This document shows, in pieces, positions 48,068 to 58,795 of a DNA stretch of 64,000 bases. Source of the DNA: Candidatus Latescibacterota bacterium. GTDB taxonomy: Bacteria; Latescibacterota; UBA2968; UBA8231. Numbering within the stretch: the stretch's first letter is position 1; each line of letters starts with the position of its first letter. The position numbers were made by a program, and so were the translations under genes. The stretch covers positions 2,496,001 to 2,560,000 of the forward strand of contig CBDFJF010000002.1 of assembly GCA_965248265.1 (NCBI GenBank), written 5' to 3'. The notes under the pieces are model-generated. The model searched no databases, was not told the origin of the DNA, and saw nothing but the letters and a program-made list of their open reading frames with translations.

Positions 48068-49047
48068 TCTTCTTCCTTCCCATACATCCGGGCGATGATC
48101 TCCTCGATCGGCGGATTCTCGACGAACAGATCTCGAACCGCGTGTCTTGCGGTGATCCGGCCGATCAAGTCTGCAGCAGACGTTTTTTCAGGCTGGAATC
48201 GAATCTCAACACGATGCCCGTCTTGTCGGATGATCTCAGCGCTTTCGTCCAACACAGATTCGCTCTCATTTTCCAGGTCAACGATGAGCCGCCGCTCGCT
48301 GCTGACCTGGTTGCGAAGTTCCTCGATCGTCCCATCGGACAGAATTTTCCCCTCACCGATGACCAGAATCCGTGAGCAAAGCGCCTCGATGTCATCCATG
48401 TTATGCGTCGTCAGGATGACAGTAATGCCCTGCTTTTTGTTCAACTCCATAACAAAGTCGCGGACAGCCAGCTTAGATACGGCGTCCAGTCCGATCGTCG
48501 GTTCATCCAGGAAGAGCAACTCTGGCCGATGAAGTAACGAAGCTGCAAGATCGCAACGCATACGTTGACCAAGGCTCAACTGTCGGACCGGAACGTCGAG
48601 AAAACTGGACAGCTTGAGGCGGTCTACCAGCTCGTCTCGTGACTCGGCGTACCTGTCCGGAGGTATTCGATAAATGTCTCTGAGCAAATCGAATGACTCG
48701 ATGGCAGGCAGATCCCACCACAGCTGCGTTCGTTGTCCGAAAACCACACCAATCTCGTTCACGTGCCGAGTGCGCTGCTTCCAGGGCACGATCCCACCGA
48801 TCTCGCAGACTCCGGAGTCCGGTACCAGGATGCCGGAGATCACCTTTACTGTGGTGGACTTCCCGGCACCGTTCGGGCCAATGTATCCAACCAGTTCACC
48901 CGGCTCGATCGAAAAACTGATACCGTGAAGAGCTGTCACCGTTCTGTGCTTGCGATGAACGACCCCCTTGACTGCTCCCCAAAAACCAGGGCTCCGCTCA
49001 GCTACCCGGAACGTCTTGACTATATTTTCTACATGGATTCCTGGCAT
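48064..49047 (-). CDS. ABC exporter ATP-binding subunit
   Basis: GPNGAGKST, LSLGQRMR, LFLDEPTIGLD. Confidence 0.95.
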   Translation of the reverse strand: MPGIHVENIVKTFRVAERSPGFWGAVKGVVHRKHRTVTALHGISFSIEPGELVGYIGPNGAGKSTTVKVISGILVPDSGVCEIGGIVPWKQRTRHVNEIGVVFGQRTQLWWDLPAIESFDLLRDIYRIPPDRYAESRDELVDRLKLSSFLDVPVRQLSLGQRMRCDLAASLLHRPELLFLDEPTIGLDAVSKLAVRDFVMELNKKQGITVILTTHNMDDIEALCSRILVIGEGKILSDGTIEELRNQVSSERRLIVDLENESESVLDESAEIIRQDGHRVEIRFQPEKTSAADLIGRITARHAVRDLFVENPPIEEIIARMYGKEEE

Positions 49048-49307
49048 GTGTTTCGTGGCGATCCTGACCCATTGGGCATTCTGACTCTCTCGAGGGGAAT
49101 CGAATAGTAAGGAAACTCGAGTTCAACGGCATTCAGCCAGTTTCTCGCAGGCGTAACGCGGCGACGGGGAAGGGTTGCTGGACGACTTTGGAGCGTCCCG
49201 GGCGCTCGGCGCGTCGCTCGGACAGAATCGAATGTTGATCGGGAGCGCGGCAATGCTTCTCTTTCGTTTGTACAAAAATCTCACCAATCAACCAGCGAGC
49301 TCCTTCG

Positions 49308-50063
49308 ATGAGCGATGCCACTCCTCCCTCGCGCCACCTGCAGATCGCGGACACCTACAACATTCGCGATATCGGCGGTTACGCCACGGCCGACGGCCGG
49401 AACACCCAATGGCGCACCTACCTGCGGGCCGACAGCCTCCACAAGCTCTCACCGGAAGCGCAGCGAGAACTCCTCGATACCGGACTGAAGACGATCATCG
49501 ACCTGAGGCGGGAACGGGAGACCGCCAACACGCCAAATGTCTTCGCTTCCTCCGCCGAGATTGACTACCGACACATGAACCTGATCACCGATACGGATCC
49601 CGAAGGCTACGGCGAGCCCGGGGAGGGGCCGGCGTGGATAGCCGGCTCCTACAAGCTGTTGCTCGACAATAGAAAGCCGGAGATCGCCGCCATCATGGCC
49701 ACGCTGGCAGACCCGGCCGTGCCTCCGGCTCTCTTCCACTGTGCCGGCGGTGCCGACCGGACCGGAATTATCGCTGCACTTCTATTGAGCCTGGCCGGAG
49801 TTCCAGATGAAACGATTGCCGAGGATTACAACCTGACCGCGCCAACTCTATTCAAGCGCTATTCGACCGAGGGCCCGCCGCCGGGATGGTCGACGGACGA
49901 TTTGAGGCGGGCGCAGAGCATGGACTATTTGGCCCCGGCTGAAACCATGATGATTACGCTGCGATACCTGGAAGACACGTACGGGGGAGTCGAGGCCTAC
50001 GTGCGCGAGATCGGTCTGACGATGGAGCAGATCGAGTCCATTCGAGCATCATTCGTGGAGTGA
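49308..50063 (+). CDS. Tyrosine/lipid phosphatase (Y_phosphatase3, PtpB/IphP-like)
   Basis: NIRDIGGY, IIDLR, P-loop HCAGGADRTG, DYNLT. Confidence 0.9.
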   Translation: MSDATPPSRHLQIADTYNIRDIGGYATADGRNTQWRTYLRADSLHKLSPEAQRELLDTGLKTIIDLRRERETANTPNVFASSAEIDYRHMNLITDTDPEGYGEPGEGPAWIAGSYKLLLDNRKPEIAAIMATLADPAVPPALFHCAGGADRTGIIAALLLSLAGVPDETIAEDYNLTAPTLFKRYSTEGPPPGWSTDDLRRAQSMDYLAPAETMMITLRYLEDTYGGVEAYVREIGLTMEQIESIRASFVE

Positions 50064-50128
50064 TTCGATCACGTCGAGCCTGCGGCCGGCAACCAGTTTC
50101 ATCCTTCGTGACAAGACAAGGTGGCATC

Positions 50129-51782
50129 GTGAACGAAGTCGAGACATCCAGAGTTGAACTGCAGGAGCAGCTGGCGGAGTTGCGTCTAAGCCACGACATG
50201 CTGTCGCGGTTGCTTCAGACCAGCCCGGAAAACATCATTCTGACTCGCTTGAGCGATGGCAAGATACTGGAGGTCAACGACGGCTTCTGTCGCAATTCCG
50301 GCCTATCTCGCAGCGATGCCATCGGAAAAACCACAGCCGAGTTGGATATCTGGGTCCATCAGGAAGACCGGGATCGGTTCGTCAGGATTCTCGAAGACAA
50401 AGGGGAGTGCCGCAACTTCGCTGCTTTGATCAGGTCGAACGGACGCATACTTCACAGTCTCATATCGGACCACATTGTCGAAGTTGACGGAGAGCAATGC
50501 CTGGTCGCGAATTCCCGAGACATCAGCGATCTGAAGGAGGCGGAAGAGGCGCTTAGGCGGCGGGCGGCGGAGCTGGCTGCGGCCAATCACAAGCTGGCCG
50601 CGCGCGAACGAGAGCTGGAAATTCACAACCAGCGTCTGCAGCAGGAAGTTGCGGAGCGCGAGCGGCTCGAGTCCGAAACCGTGCGCCTGGAACGCCTATC
50701 CGCGCTCGGCCAAATGGCACAGGGCGTTGCGCACAATTTCAACAATCTTCTCGCCATCGTTCTGGGTCATGCCGAGATGCTTCAATCTCAGCTCACCGAC
50801 GCGGCTCTGCGCCAGGAAGTCCAACTTCTGATAGATGGCGTAATGCGCGCAGCGGAATTGGTTCGACGCCTCAACCAGGCTGTGCGGACCGAGCAGGATG
50901 AAATGCAACCGGTCTCAGTCGAGACCGTCGTTCGCGATGCCCTGGAAGTTTCCCGGCCTCAGTGGAAGGATGAACCGGAGTCCAAGGGAATCCCCATCGA
51001 CATTGTCACCGATCTTGTTGAAACCCCACCTATCCGGGCAACCGAGTCCGGGCTGCACCAGATCTTTATCAACCTGCTCTTCAACGCCCTGGAGGCCCTG
51101 CCCAAGGGGGGAACCATCCGGATTGCATCGAAGCTGGCACCAGACCGTGTGGAGGTGACGTTCAGCGATGACGGCATCGGCATGAGCGAGGAATCGCGCC
51201 CAAAGAGCGTTCGAGCCCTTTTTCACCACGAAGATGACCGTCGGCTCGGGCCTGGGTTTGTCCAACGTCCACGGCACGGTCGTCGGCTGGGGGGGCGAAT
51301 GTGAGGTGGACAGCGCAATCGGCCTCGGCACGACCATAAGATTGCGGTTCTGCATCTCCGATCAGGAGCCGGATTCCCCGGTTGAGGTTGGTGATCCCGT
51401 TCCGGTCGGGCGCAGGGGAGCGATCATCGTGGTCGAGGACGAGGAGAGCATCTGTACCTTCCTGGTCAGCACTCTCTCTCGCCAGCACCAAGTCGACGCG
51501 TTCCAAAACGGCACCGAAGCGTTGGATCAGTTCTCCGCGGGAAAGTACGATGTGGCGCTCATCGACCTGGGAATGCCCGGGCTGCCTGGCGATCAGTTGG
51601 CATTGAGGTTACGGGAAACCGATCCCGCCATCATCACCGTTCTGGTTACGGGTTGGGCTCTCGAAGAAGACGACCCTCGCTTGTCCCACTTCGACTTTCG
51701 GCTTACCAAACCCGCACGGTCCGTGGCCATCCGGCACACCGTTACCCGCGCGATTGATCTCTACGACACCCGACGGTCCTGA
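50129..51782 (+). pseudogene. Hybrid PAS-HisKA-HATPase-REC kinase split by a +1 frameshift at ~51200
   Basis: Removing one C from CCC (51199-51201) restores DDGIGMSEESRQRAFEPFFTTKMTVGSGLGL and joins the two ORFs; GVAHNFNN H-box; REC motifs VEDE, DLGMPG. Confidence 0.8.
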
Positions 51783-51966
51783 CGGCTGGACGTACGGTCA
51801 TGATTCATCCGGTTCGGCAAAGGCGTCGGCAAAGAGATGGGTCTTTCGGTTGAGATTGCCGTAGCAGCCGCGGACTTCCTCATCCGGAAGTGACTGAGGA
51901 CCGGTCCTGAGCGGAGCCCGTAGCAGGTCTGCACGGTCTTGCGCTCACGCGTCGAGGGTCACCCAC

Positions 51967-53586
51967 TCAAAGTCGCTTGGTCAACTCCCGGACCTCATCC
52001 GGCTTCAGCGCTCGACGATACATCCTGACATCGCAAATCTTTCCGTGGAAGTAATCGTGCGAGCCAAACCCGATGGTGATCGGCTGATCGTTCGAAAGGT
52101 CGAAGTCTGACGGATCGAAACTCGAAGATCTGGCGACTTGCTGACCTTCGACATAAAGCTCCAGCGCGCTCCCGTTTCTGATGGCTGCGATGTGTTTCCA
52201 ACCGGATGCGAGCTCGTAATCGTGCGTCACGCTGCGACCTGGTTCCAGGGACATCACCCGACCTGCCGGCAAGGTTCCGAAGAACAGTTTTCCATCGAAA
52301 ACCGAGGTCGACCAGGCGCGGCGATACTTCACGTCCGGCGTGGTATCGAGTTGGCCTGTGCAAGTCCAGTTGTCGTCTCCGTCGTATCGATAAACCTGCG
52401 CGAGCGGCAGCGTGCCTGCGTAGAGCTTGCCGTTGTGAATCGACATGCCCATGACCTCAAGCTCGTCGCCGAGACGGCCTGTGTTCGTCCACTCTCCATT
52501 CTCTTCCAGACGAAACACGCATCCTTCCGGCCACGTGCCCACGTGTAACTTGCCACGGTACACCGCCATCGAGTAATTCTGCGTCGCTCCGGGGAGGTCC
52601 CCTAATCGACTCCAGCGCGTCCAGTCTTCGCCGCTCTCAAATCGATAGATGCCGCTGCCGTTTTCAACCGTGTTGAGGTTGCCGCGGTAGACGCCGATCG
52701 CGAACGCACGCCGACCATGGCTGCCGCAGTCGTTCCAGCCATGGTCTCCGTCGTACCGGTAAAGCCCTTTCGTGTAGAGTGGAATGGCGTAGAGATCTCC
52801 CTGGAAGACCTCCAGGCTGTGAACAGTGTCGTGTTCGTACTCAGGGAAGTCGCGCTCCCCGCCCTGAAGCTCTCCACAGTCCACCCAACCGCTATCCTCC
52901 AATCGAAAGATGCGACCGCCGATTTCCCTGTTCGGCGAGTAGGACAATGCAGAGCCTGGGCCTTTCAGCCGTCCGGTCCCGGCATAGAGCTTGCCCTGGT
53001 AGGTGGCCAGTGACATTACCGCGTTCGACGCATCCAGCGGCCCGCACTCCTCCCACTCACCGTTACCGGCATAGCGATGTACGTGTCCGGTTTCGCCTTC
53101 GCCGTCTTCGTAAGACCCGACATAGAGTGATCCATCGTGAACAGCCATCGACATGACAAACCTCGCGTTGCCTGGCTGGCCACAGTCCGTCCACTCAGGG
53201 ATCGACGTGCCATCGTCGATGCCAAACTGCACATTGCGATAGTTCGAGAGGCTGCTGGCCGCAGCCGAGTGCCTTTTCACATTGAGATTGAATCCGCGCC
53301 GATCGTCGGCATCGAAATTGCCCACGATGTCCCCTATCGGATCGTCCACGTGCTCTGTGTGAATGATCGCGCTGATGGTGAAATCACTTTCGCCGAGTTG
53401 AAGTGATTCACTTTTGGCAATCGATAGGAAAGACGAACGACCATCGAAAACTGCCGCCGTACCAACCTGTCCATCGGGCCCCGTGGCTGACAAATCCACG
53501 CCCCGATTCTCCGCATGGTTTTTATTCCCGGAGTGATCGTTGACGTCACCGGCGAGTTTCCAGTGTCCAACAAGTGTCGGTTCCAT
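51967..53586 (-). CDS. LamG/ConA-like domain protein with inserted beta-propeller
   Basis: LamG N-half (LVGHWKL...FDG..S...DFTISA) and C-half (WKHIAA...LYVEG...FHGKICDVRMYRRAL) surround repeats of the form M.V..GKLY.GT...V.RY.G...W..CG. Confidence 0.8.
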   Translation of the reverse strand: MEPTLVGHWKLAGDVNDHSGNKNHAENRGVDLSATGPDGQVGTAAVFDGRSSFLSIAKSESLQLGESDFTISAIIHTEHVDDPIGDIVGNFDADDRRGFNLNVKRHSAAASSLSNYRNVQFGIDDGTSIPEWTDCGQPGNARFVMSMAVHDGSLYVGSYEDGEGETGHVHRYAGNGEWEECGPLDASNAVMSLATYQGKLYAGTGRLKGPGSALSYSPNREIGGRIFRLEDSGWVDCGELQGGERDFPEYEHDTVHSLEVFQGDLYAIPLYTKGLYRYDGDHGWNDCGSHGRRAFAIGVYRGNLNTVENGSGIYRFESGEDWTRWSRLGDLPGATQNYSMAVYRGKLHVGTWPEGCVFRLEENGEWTNTGRLGDELEVMGMSIHNGKLYAGTLPLAQVYRYDGDDNWTCTGQLDTTPDVKYRRAWSTSVFDGKLFFGTLPAGRVMSLEPGRSVTHDYELASGWKHIAAIRNGSALELYVEGQQVARSSSFDPSDFDLSNDQPITIGFGSHDYFHGKICDVRMYRRALKPDEVRELTKRL

Positions 53587-53995
53587 AATTGCCTCATTCA
53601 AAAGTTTCGGTCGGAATCGGATGGCTGTCATCAAACACAGCCATCGGTGCTGCATCCTCGACGGATGAGAACGATAAGGGGCCATTATACATAGTCAAGA
53701 TTGCTTGGGGCTTTTGTGAAGGGGCCGGATGCGTGTTTCATGGAGCTTTCCGGGCATGGCAAACTTGGATTCAGGAATGAGATAGTTTGGGCGGTTTTGC
53801 AGACCTCACGAACGAATCAGGCCGCGAATGCTGCAAGCAGCTGACGCTGGAAGTGGTAAGGGTTCGAACTCGGACTGCGGGGCAAACCGACGCCCTCAAG
53901 GTAGAACTGGTGGGAGGTTTGAACAGCCACAAGCTCTGAGTTCAGCCGCCCAGTGGTGCTTGCCCGGGCCAGGTCGCCAATCGCGGCTGGATCAC

Positions 53996-54017
53996 CCCGC
54001 CGCTGAGCGGCGGCGGG
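53996..54017 (-). terminator. GC-rich hairpin just downstream of susD (terminator or mRNA-stabilising element)
   Basis: CCCGCCGC-N6-GCGGCGGG; no U-tract. Confidence 0.4.
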
Positions 54018-54023
54018 TCAGAA

Positions 54024-55388
54024 TCAGTAGTTGTCTCCCGGATCATTGTCGTTCCTCGCGGGCTGGTCGCTCGGAACCGGGATGTTCGAGTTGGCGTTGC
54101 GCTCGTCCTCACTGTAATAAAGCCGTCTGGGAATATTCGAGGTGTTTGCCAGTGCCGGTCGATTGGTGCGCTTCCAGTCGTTCCACACCTCGATGTTGAG
54201 GAAGAGCGCGATGTATTTCTCTTCCATAATGGCGTTGATCAGCGCCTCCCCCGACAGCCCAGACGCAACGCCAAGAGATCCGTCGTCCAGACTCCACCTC
54301 ATCTCCAACCCTCGGCGCACCTCGTTCAGTTTTTCCAGGGCCGTGGCCTCGTCCCCGGTCTTGTAGGCGCATTCAGCCCAGATCAGTTGGGTTTCCTCCC
54401 AGGTGAGGATGTCGCTGGAGGCGTCCGGCGACAGGAAACCGGCGCTCAGGTTGGAGACATCGGTATTGCCGTCGCCAGGATCGACGCCGCTGTAGTCGCC
54501 CGACGCATCCGTGCCGAAGTAGAGCGCCAGGCGCGGGTCATCGCGCGATTGCAGCAGATCGACCATGAACTTGCCGGCCCGCTGGTAGGAGTCCCGCTCC
54601 CGCTGGAACTGGTACCACGTGTTCGCCTCCACCTCCACCGTAGTGTGGTAACTCTTGAAGTCCCCGCTAGAAGACGAGATCCCCAACTGAGCCTGTTGCA
54701 GGGCCCTGTCGTAGTTCCCCGCATCGACCTCCGCCCAGTGCATATAGAGGCGCGCCTTCAAGGAGTGGGCCGCCTCGATCCACAACTGGTTGTCCCCACC
54801 GTAGACCAGGTCGTTGGGCGGGAGCGACCCGGCATCGCTCTCCAGATCGGCGATGGCCGCGTCCAGGAGACTCTGCAGGGTGTTATAGATATCCCACTGC
54901 TCGTCCAGCCTCGGCTCGGCGACGTCACCAAGCGCTTCGGAATAGGGCAGATCCCCCCAGATGCTGGCGGCCGTGCCCACGCTCAGGGCCTCCCAGACCT
55001 TGGCGATGCCAGCGTACACCCGGTTGCCTTGCTCCTCGTTCTTGGCGATGATCCTGCGAATGTCGATCAGTCCGCCGCCGACGTAGACGTCGTTCATCTC
55101 GCCGTCGTGGTCGGCCTCGGTGAAAGAAAAGGTGCCCAGTGACCGGAACTGAAGGTCGGTGCCAGCCATCTGCTGCGTCCAGATTGCGGCGGTGCGGGCC
55201 AGGTGTCCCTCCTGCATGAAAAATCCCGAAATCTGAATCGAGTTGAACATCAGGTCGGCGGACACCTCGGTGGCCCGGTTGGGGTCGTCTTCGACCTTCG
55301 AGCCCGTGATGAAATCACCGCAGCCGATCACCCACGTGCAAGCGGAGATAATCCCGAGGGATAGCGCTGTCTTCGTTGCCTTGTACAT
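54024..55388 (-). CDS. susD: SusD/RagB-family outer-membrane lipoprotein
   Basis: Start MYKATK at 55388 with strong RBS; lipobox VIG-C; DPN, WGDLPYSEAL, DPRL, EKYIAL...EVWNDWKRT..P. Confidence 0.92.
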   Translation of the reverse strand: MYKATKTALSLGIISACTWVIGCGDFITGSKVEDDPNRATEVSADLMFNSIQISGFFMQEGHLARTAAIWTQQMAGTDLQFRSLGTFSFTEADHDGEMNDVYVGGGLIDIRRIIAKNEEQGNRVYAGIAKVWEALSVGTAASIWGDLPYSEALGDVAEPRLDEQWDIYNTLQSLLDAAIADLESDAGSLPPNDLVYGGDNQLWIEAAHSLKARLYMHWAEVDAGNYDRALQQAQLGISSSSGDFKSYHTTVEVEANTWYQFQRERDSYQRAGKFMVDLLQSRDDPRLALYFGTDASGDYSGVDPGDGNTDVSNLSAGFLSPDASSDILTWEETQLIWAECAYKTGDEATALEKLNEVRRGLEMRWSLDDGSLGVASGLSGEALINAIMEEKYIALFLNIEVWNDWKRTNRPALANTSNIPRRLYYSEDERNANSNIPVPSDQPARNDNDPGDNY

Positions 55389-55405
55389 GGCTTTTCCCCC
55401 CTCCC

Positions 55406-58400
55406 TTAGTAGTCGAGCCGCAGCGTCATGACGTACGACCGCGTGTTCGGATTGTTGAAGTAGTCCAAACCGCGCAAGTTGCTCGCGCCGGTCAGGTTGG
55501 TCTCGGGATCGATCCCCCTGTAGTCCGTCCAGGTCGCGAGGTTGCGGGCGCTGAGGCGGAGGTTGAGGTTGGTCAACCCGAGTTGCTGCACGAAATCCCC
55601 CCGGAAGTCGTAAGCCACGGCGATCTCGCGCAGCTTGATGTACCCGCCGTCCTCGACGAACTGAGACGCCGGGCCCGAAAGGCCGCTGCCCAGGTTTTCG
55701 AGATGCCAGGCCTGACCCTTGGCCACTTCCGTACCCGCACCTGGGCCCTGGCCCTCGAACACCTGGGTTCCGTCGCGATCCTCGGTGTCCTTGTGTGTGC
55801 CGAAAAAGTAGAGGGCCCCCCTGGTTCCGTTCCACACCTCCCCCCCGCTCCTGATGTCGAACAGCCCGGAGACCTCCAGGTTGTTGAATAGGGTGACGGT
55901 GTTGCGGATGCTGCCGGTCCAGTCGGGATTGGGATCACCGATGATGCGGATCTCCGGATCGAGGAGCGGGTATCCATCAGCCGCGATATAGAGATCGCCG
56001 GAGTTCCAGCCCGTGTACCTCTCATCGATGTTCACGTTCTGGGTCTCGCCATCGACCTCTTCGTCGATCTTGATGCCGCGCCCGAAGCGGATGAAGTCCT
56101 CGCCGCGGAAGACGCCCACAGGCTCTCCCTCGATGGCATTGCCAGTGGCGCTGACCAAGCCGCCCAGGTTGACGAATTCGGCCCCTGGCAGGTCGGTCAC
56201 CTCGTTCCGGTTGCGCGCGTAGACCGCGTTAACCGACCACTTGATGTCCTTGGTGCTCACCGGCTGGCCGTAGATACCGAGCTCGACTCCCTTGTTGGTG
56301 ATGGTGCCCGCGTTCTTGATCTGCTCGAAGAAGCCGGTGGACGGCGGCAGTGACAGCGGGAAGATCACGTCCTCGGTCTTCTGGTCGTAGTAGGTCAGGT
56401 CGAAGCCCAGACGGTTGCCGAGCAGGCCGAGGTCGGTGCCCAGCTCCAGCTCTCTGGCGCGCTCGGGCTTGATCTTCTCCTGGCCCTTCGTGTCGTCGGT
56501 GAAAAACCCGCCCTGACCGAAGGCGGTCGAGTTGTGGACGACCCCCCAGCCCTGCTCGAAGATGTCGGTCTCAAAGGCCGTGATCGTCGAGTAGGCATTC
56601 GGCTCGCGGCCGGTCACGCCGTAGGCAGCGCGGAGCTTGCCGAAGGCTATGAGGTTCTGGTTCTGCAGCGCGTGCAGATTGGTGAAATCCCAGGCCGTAC
56701 TGAACTTGGGATACCAGTGACGTTTGCGCCCCTCGCTGAAGATCGATGAGCCGTCGTTGCGCACGCCTACCGTTAGGTAGAGCTGGTCCCACACGTCGAC
56801 CAGCGCCTGGGCGAAGTACCCCTCGGTGCGGATGATCTCTTCGTACTCCTGCGGGGTGTACGAGGAGGTGTTTGACAGCTGTTCGAAGCCGTCCACCGAG
56901 ATGCCGTTTCCTGTCGTGGAAAACTCGTTGTACTCCCGCTGGTTCAGGTTCTGGCCGACCATCAGATCCACTCTCATGTCCGCGGGCGCGAAAGCCCGCG
57001 TGGCGGTGATTGCCAGGTTCGCGTCGGCCTCGGTGGTGGTGTACTTGTCGCGGATAATCTTGCCCTGAGGCGAGTCGGAGTTGCCCAGAGGAAGCACCGT
57101 CCGCCGCTCGTCGTTGGCGTAGTCGTAGCCCAGGGTGTACCTGACGTTGAGCCAGTTGAGCGGATTGTAGTCCAGGTTCAGGTTGCCGAAGAAGCGACCC
57201 ACATCACTGATGTTGGTGTGCTCGTTGACGATGAAGAACGGGTTGTCGTACCCGCGCGAGCCCGCCAGCGACTCCGGGTTCGGATTGCGATAGGAGCGGT
57301 GGAAGCCGGTCTCCGGATCGAGATATGGCCGGTTATTGAAGTCCGGCGGTGTCCGGTAAGCGCCCAGCAGCAGGCCGCCGACGTTGGAGCCCTTCTGGAT
57401 GCGGTTGGACGAAGTGGAGGAGAAGGCCGCGTTCCCGGTGACGCTCAGCCGCCCGTTGATGCGCTGAGAAGCCTTGAGCCGGACCGCGTCGCGCAGGTAA
57501 TTCGAGTTGCCCTTGATCGCGCCGTCGTGATCGGTGCGGCCGACGGACACGAAGTATGTCGTCATGTCATTGCCGCCCGATACGGTCAGGTTGTTCTCTA
57601 CCCGGTTCCCGGTCTCGAACATCTCCCAGGCGTGGTCGTAGGTCGGTACGTCCAGAGTGTCGAGGCGGGGCCCCCAGGTCAGAGCGAACCCCTCGATCGC
57701 GCTGCCGTCGATGCCCTGGCCATAGCTGCGCTGCAGCGCAGCGCTCTCGTTTACCTCGTCGAAGCTGTAGGACATCTTGTAAGACACCCTCGGCCTTCCG
57801 GGCTGCCCCTGCTTGGTGGTGATGAGCACCACTCCGTTGGCCGCTCGGGAGCCGTACATGGCCGCCGCCGCCCCCCCCTTGAGGATCTCTACGGACTCGA
57901 TGTCCTCAGGGTTGATGTCGGCGGCCCGGTTCTGTTGAGTGACCCCGGCCACGGCGTCGCCGAGCGACGTGTTGGCCTCGTGGATGGACTGGTTGTTGAT
58001 CGGCGAGCCGTCGACGACGAACAAGGGCTGCGTGCCGCCCATGATGGAGTTGACCCCGCGGATGCGGATGTAGGATGCCGCACCCGGCTCGCCACTCGTC
58101 TTGGTGATCTCCACATTGGGCACCTTGCCAGACAGGGCGGTGACCACGTCCGCCTCATCGCTGTCGACGATCACCTTGGGTGCGACCTTGTTGATTGTGA
58201 CGCCCAGCCTTTCCCTGCTCCTCCCCACGCCGAGTGCGGTGACCACTATCTCTTCCATGTACAACACATCGATGCCGAGGACGAAGTCCGTCTTGTTGGT
58301 TCCGGCCTTCGGCACGAGTGCCGCCGTCTGGGCGCTGTGGCCGACGTAGCTGGCCTTCAAGGTGACCTCTTTACCCAAGAGGTCCCTTCCCACGGCGAAC

Positions 58401-58594
58401 CGATAGAGCCCCTCGTCGTCCGTGATGGATCCGAGGGGATTGTCGACGATGCCGACGCTTGCCCCGCCCAGTGGAGCTCCGGTCTCGTCGGTCACAGTGC
58501 CCGTGATGACGACATCGCTCAACGCGGCTGCCCAGGTCGACATCAACACCAAGACGAAGACTAGAACCGGCAGCAAGAATGTGCGGTCTCTCAT
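55406..58594 (-). CDS. susC: SusC/RagA-family TonB-dependent receptor
   Basis: IRIRG, PLFVVDG, DINPEDIESVEILKG..AAAMYGSRAANGVVLITTK, NAGTITNKGVE, EDGGYIKLREI. Confidence 0.95.
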   Translation of the reverse strand: MRDRTFLLPVLVFVLVLMSTWAAALSDVVITGTVTDETGAPLGGASVGIVDNPLGSITDDEGLYRFAVGRDLLGKEVTLKASYVGHSAQTAALVPKAGTNKTDFVLGIDVLYMEEIVVTALGVGRSRERLGVTINKVAPKVIVDSDEADVVTALSGKVPNVEITKTSGEPGAASYIRIRGVNSIMGGTQPLFVVDGSPINNQSIHEANTSLGDAVAGVTQQNRAADINPEDIESVEILKGGAAAAMYGSRAANGVVLITTKQGQPGRPRVSYKMSYSFDEVNESAALQRSYGQGIDGSAIEGFALTWGPRLDTLDVPTYDHAWEMFETGNRVENNLTVSGGNDMTTYFVSVGRTDHDGAIKGNSNYLRDAVRLKASQRINGRLSVTGNAAFSSTSSNRIQKGSNVGGLLLGAYRTPPDFNNRPYLDPETGFHRSYRNPNPESLAGSRGYDNPFFIVNEHTNISDVGRFFGNLNLDYNPLNWLNVRYTLGYDYANDERRTVLPLGNSDSPQGKIIRDKYTTTEADANLAITATRAFAPADMRVDLMVGQNLNQREYNEFSTTGNGISVDGFEQLSNTSSYTPQEYEEIIRTEGYFAQALVDVWDQLYLTVGVRNDGSSIFSEGRKRHWYPKFSTAWDFTNLHALQNQNLIAFGKLRAAYGVTGREPNAYSTITAFETDIFEQGWGVVHNSTAFGQGGFFTDDTKGQEKIKPERARELELGTDLGLLGNRLGFDLTYYDQKTEDVIFPLSLPPSTGFFEQIKNAGTITNKGVELGIYGQPVSTKDIKWSVNAVYARNRNEVTDLPGAEFVNLGGLVSATGNAIEGEPVGVFRGEDFIRFGRGIKIDEEVDGETQNVNIDERYTGWNSGDLYIAADGYPLLDPEIRIIGDPNPDWTGSIRNTVTLFNNLEVSGLFDIRSGGEVWNGTRGALYFFGTHKDTEDRDGTQVFEGQGPGAGTEVAKGQAWHLENLGSGLSGPASQFVEDGGYIKLREIAVAYDFRGDFVQQLGLTNLNLRLSARNLATWTDYRGIDPETNLTGASNLRGLDYFNNPNTRSYVMTLRLDY

Positions 58595-58745
58595 GCTTTC
58601 CCCCTCCCGTGCGTGCAACCCCAAGGGCCTCCCCGATGCCAGTCCTCGGTTCAGTGCCGTCTGCATGGCGATATTGGAGACCAGTGCCCGCGCATCACCG
58701 ACGAACGGTGAGTGCAGCAGAGACGTCCCCCTGGTTATCGAAACT

Positions 58746-58795
58746 TACAGATATTACCTGTAGAGGTCAGCATATATTATGCTCATTATCATTTG
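58746..58795 (-). promoter_or_regulatory. AT-rich putative operator region upstream of susC
   Basis: Palindromes TACAG-N7-CTGTA (58746-58762) and AGCATA-TAT-TATGCT (58769-58783); overlapping Fur-like TGATAATGAGCATAA on the minus strand. Confidence 0.45.

Noticed and set aside
49266-49278. GTTTGTACAAAAA, similar to Gateway attB1; contains palindrome TTTGTACAAA
   Set aside because: Only 13 bp with non-matching flanks and no integrase; chance, or at most a regulator site.
51890-51930. CTGAGGA matching the hammerhead core CUGANGA
   Set aside because: No GAAA after the candidate stem II and no stems I/III.
53878-53900. GGGCAAACC...GACGC resembling a c-di-GMP-I riboswitch
   Set aside because: Lacks the GAAA-capped stem and the downstream GCAAAGC segment, and does not lead into a gene on that strand.
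53781-53939. Short open frame (…LTLEVVRVR…LKVELVGGL) vaguely like a recombinase C-terminal remnant
   Set aside because: No start codon or catalytic motif; similarity too weak to support.
55389-55835. N-terminal extension of susD in the ORF track (603 aa)
   Set aside because: Overlaps susC in another frame; the lipoprotein signal and RBS place the start at 55388.
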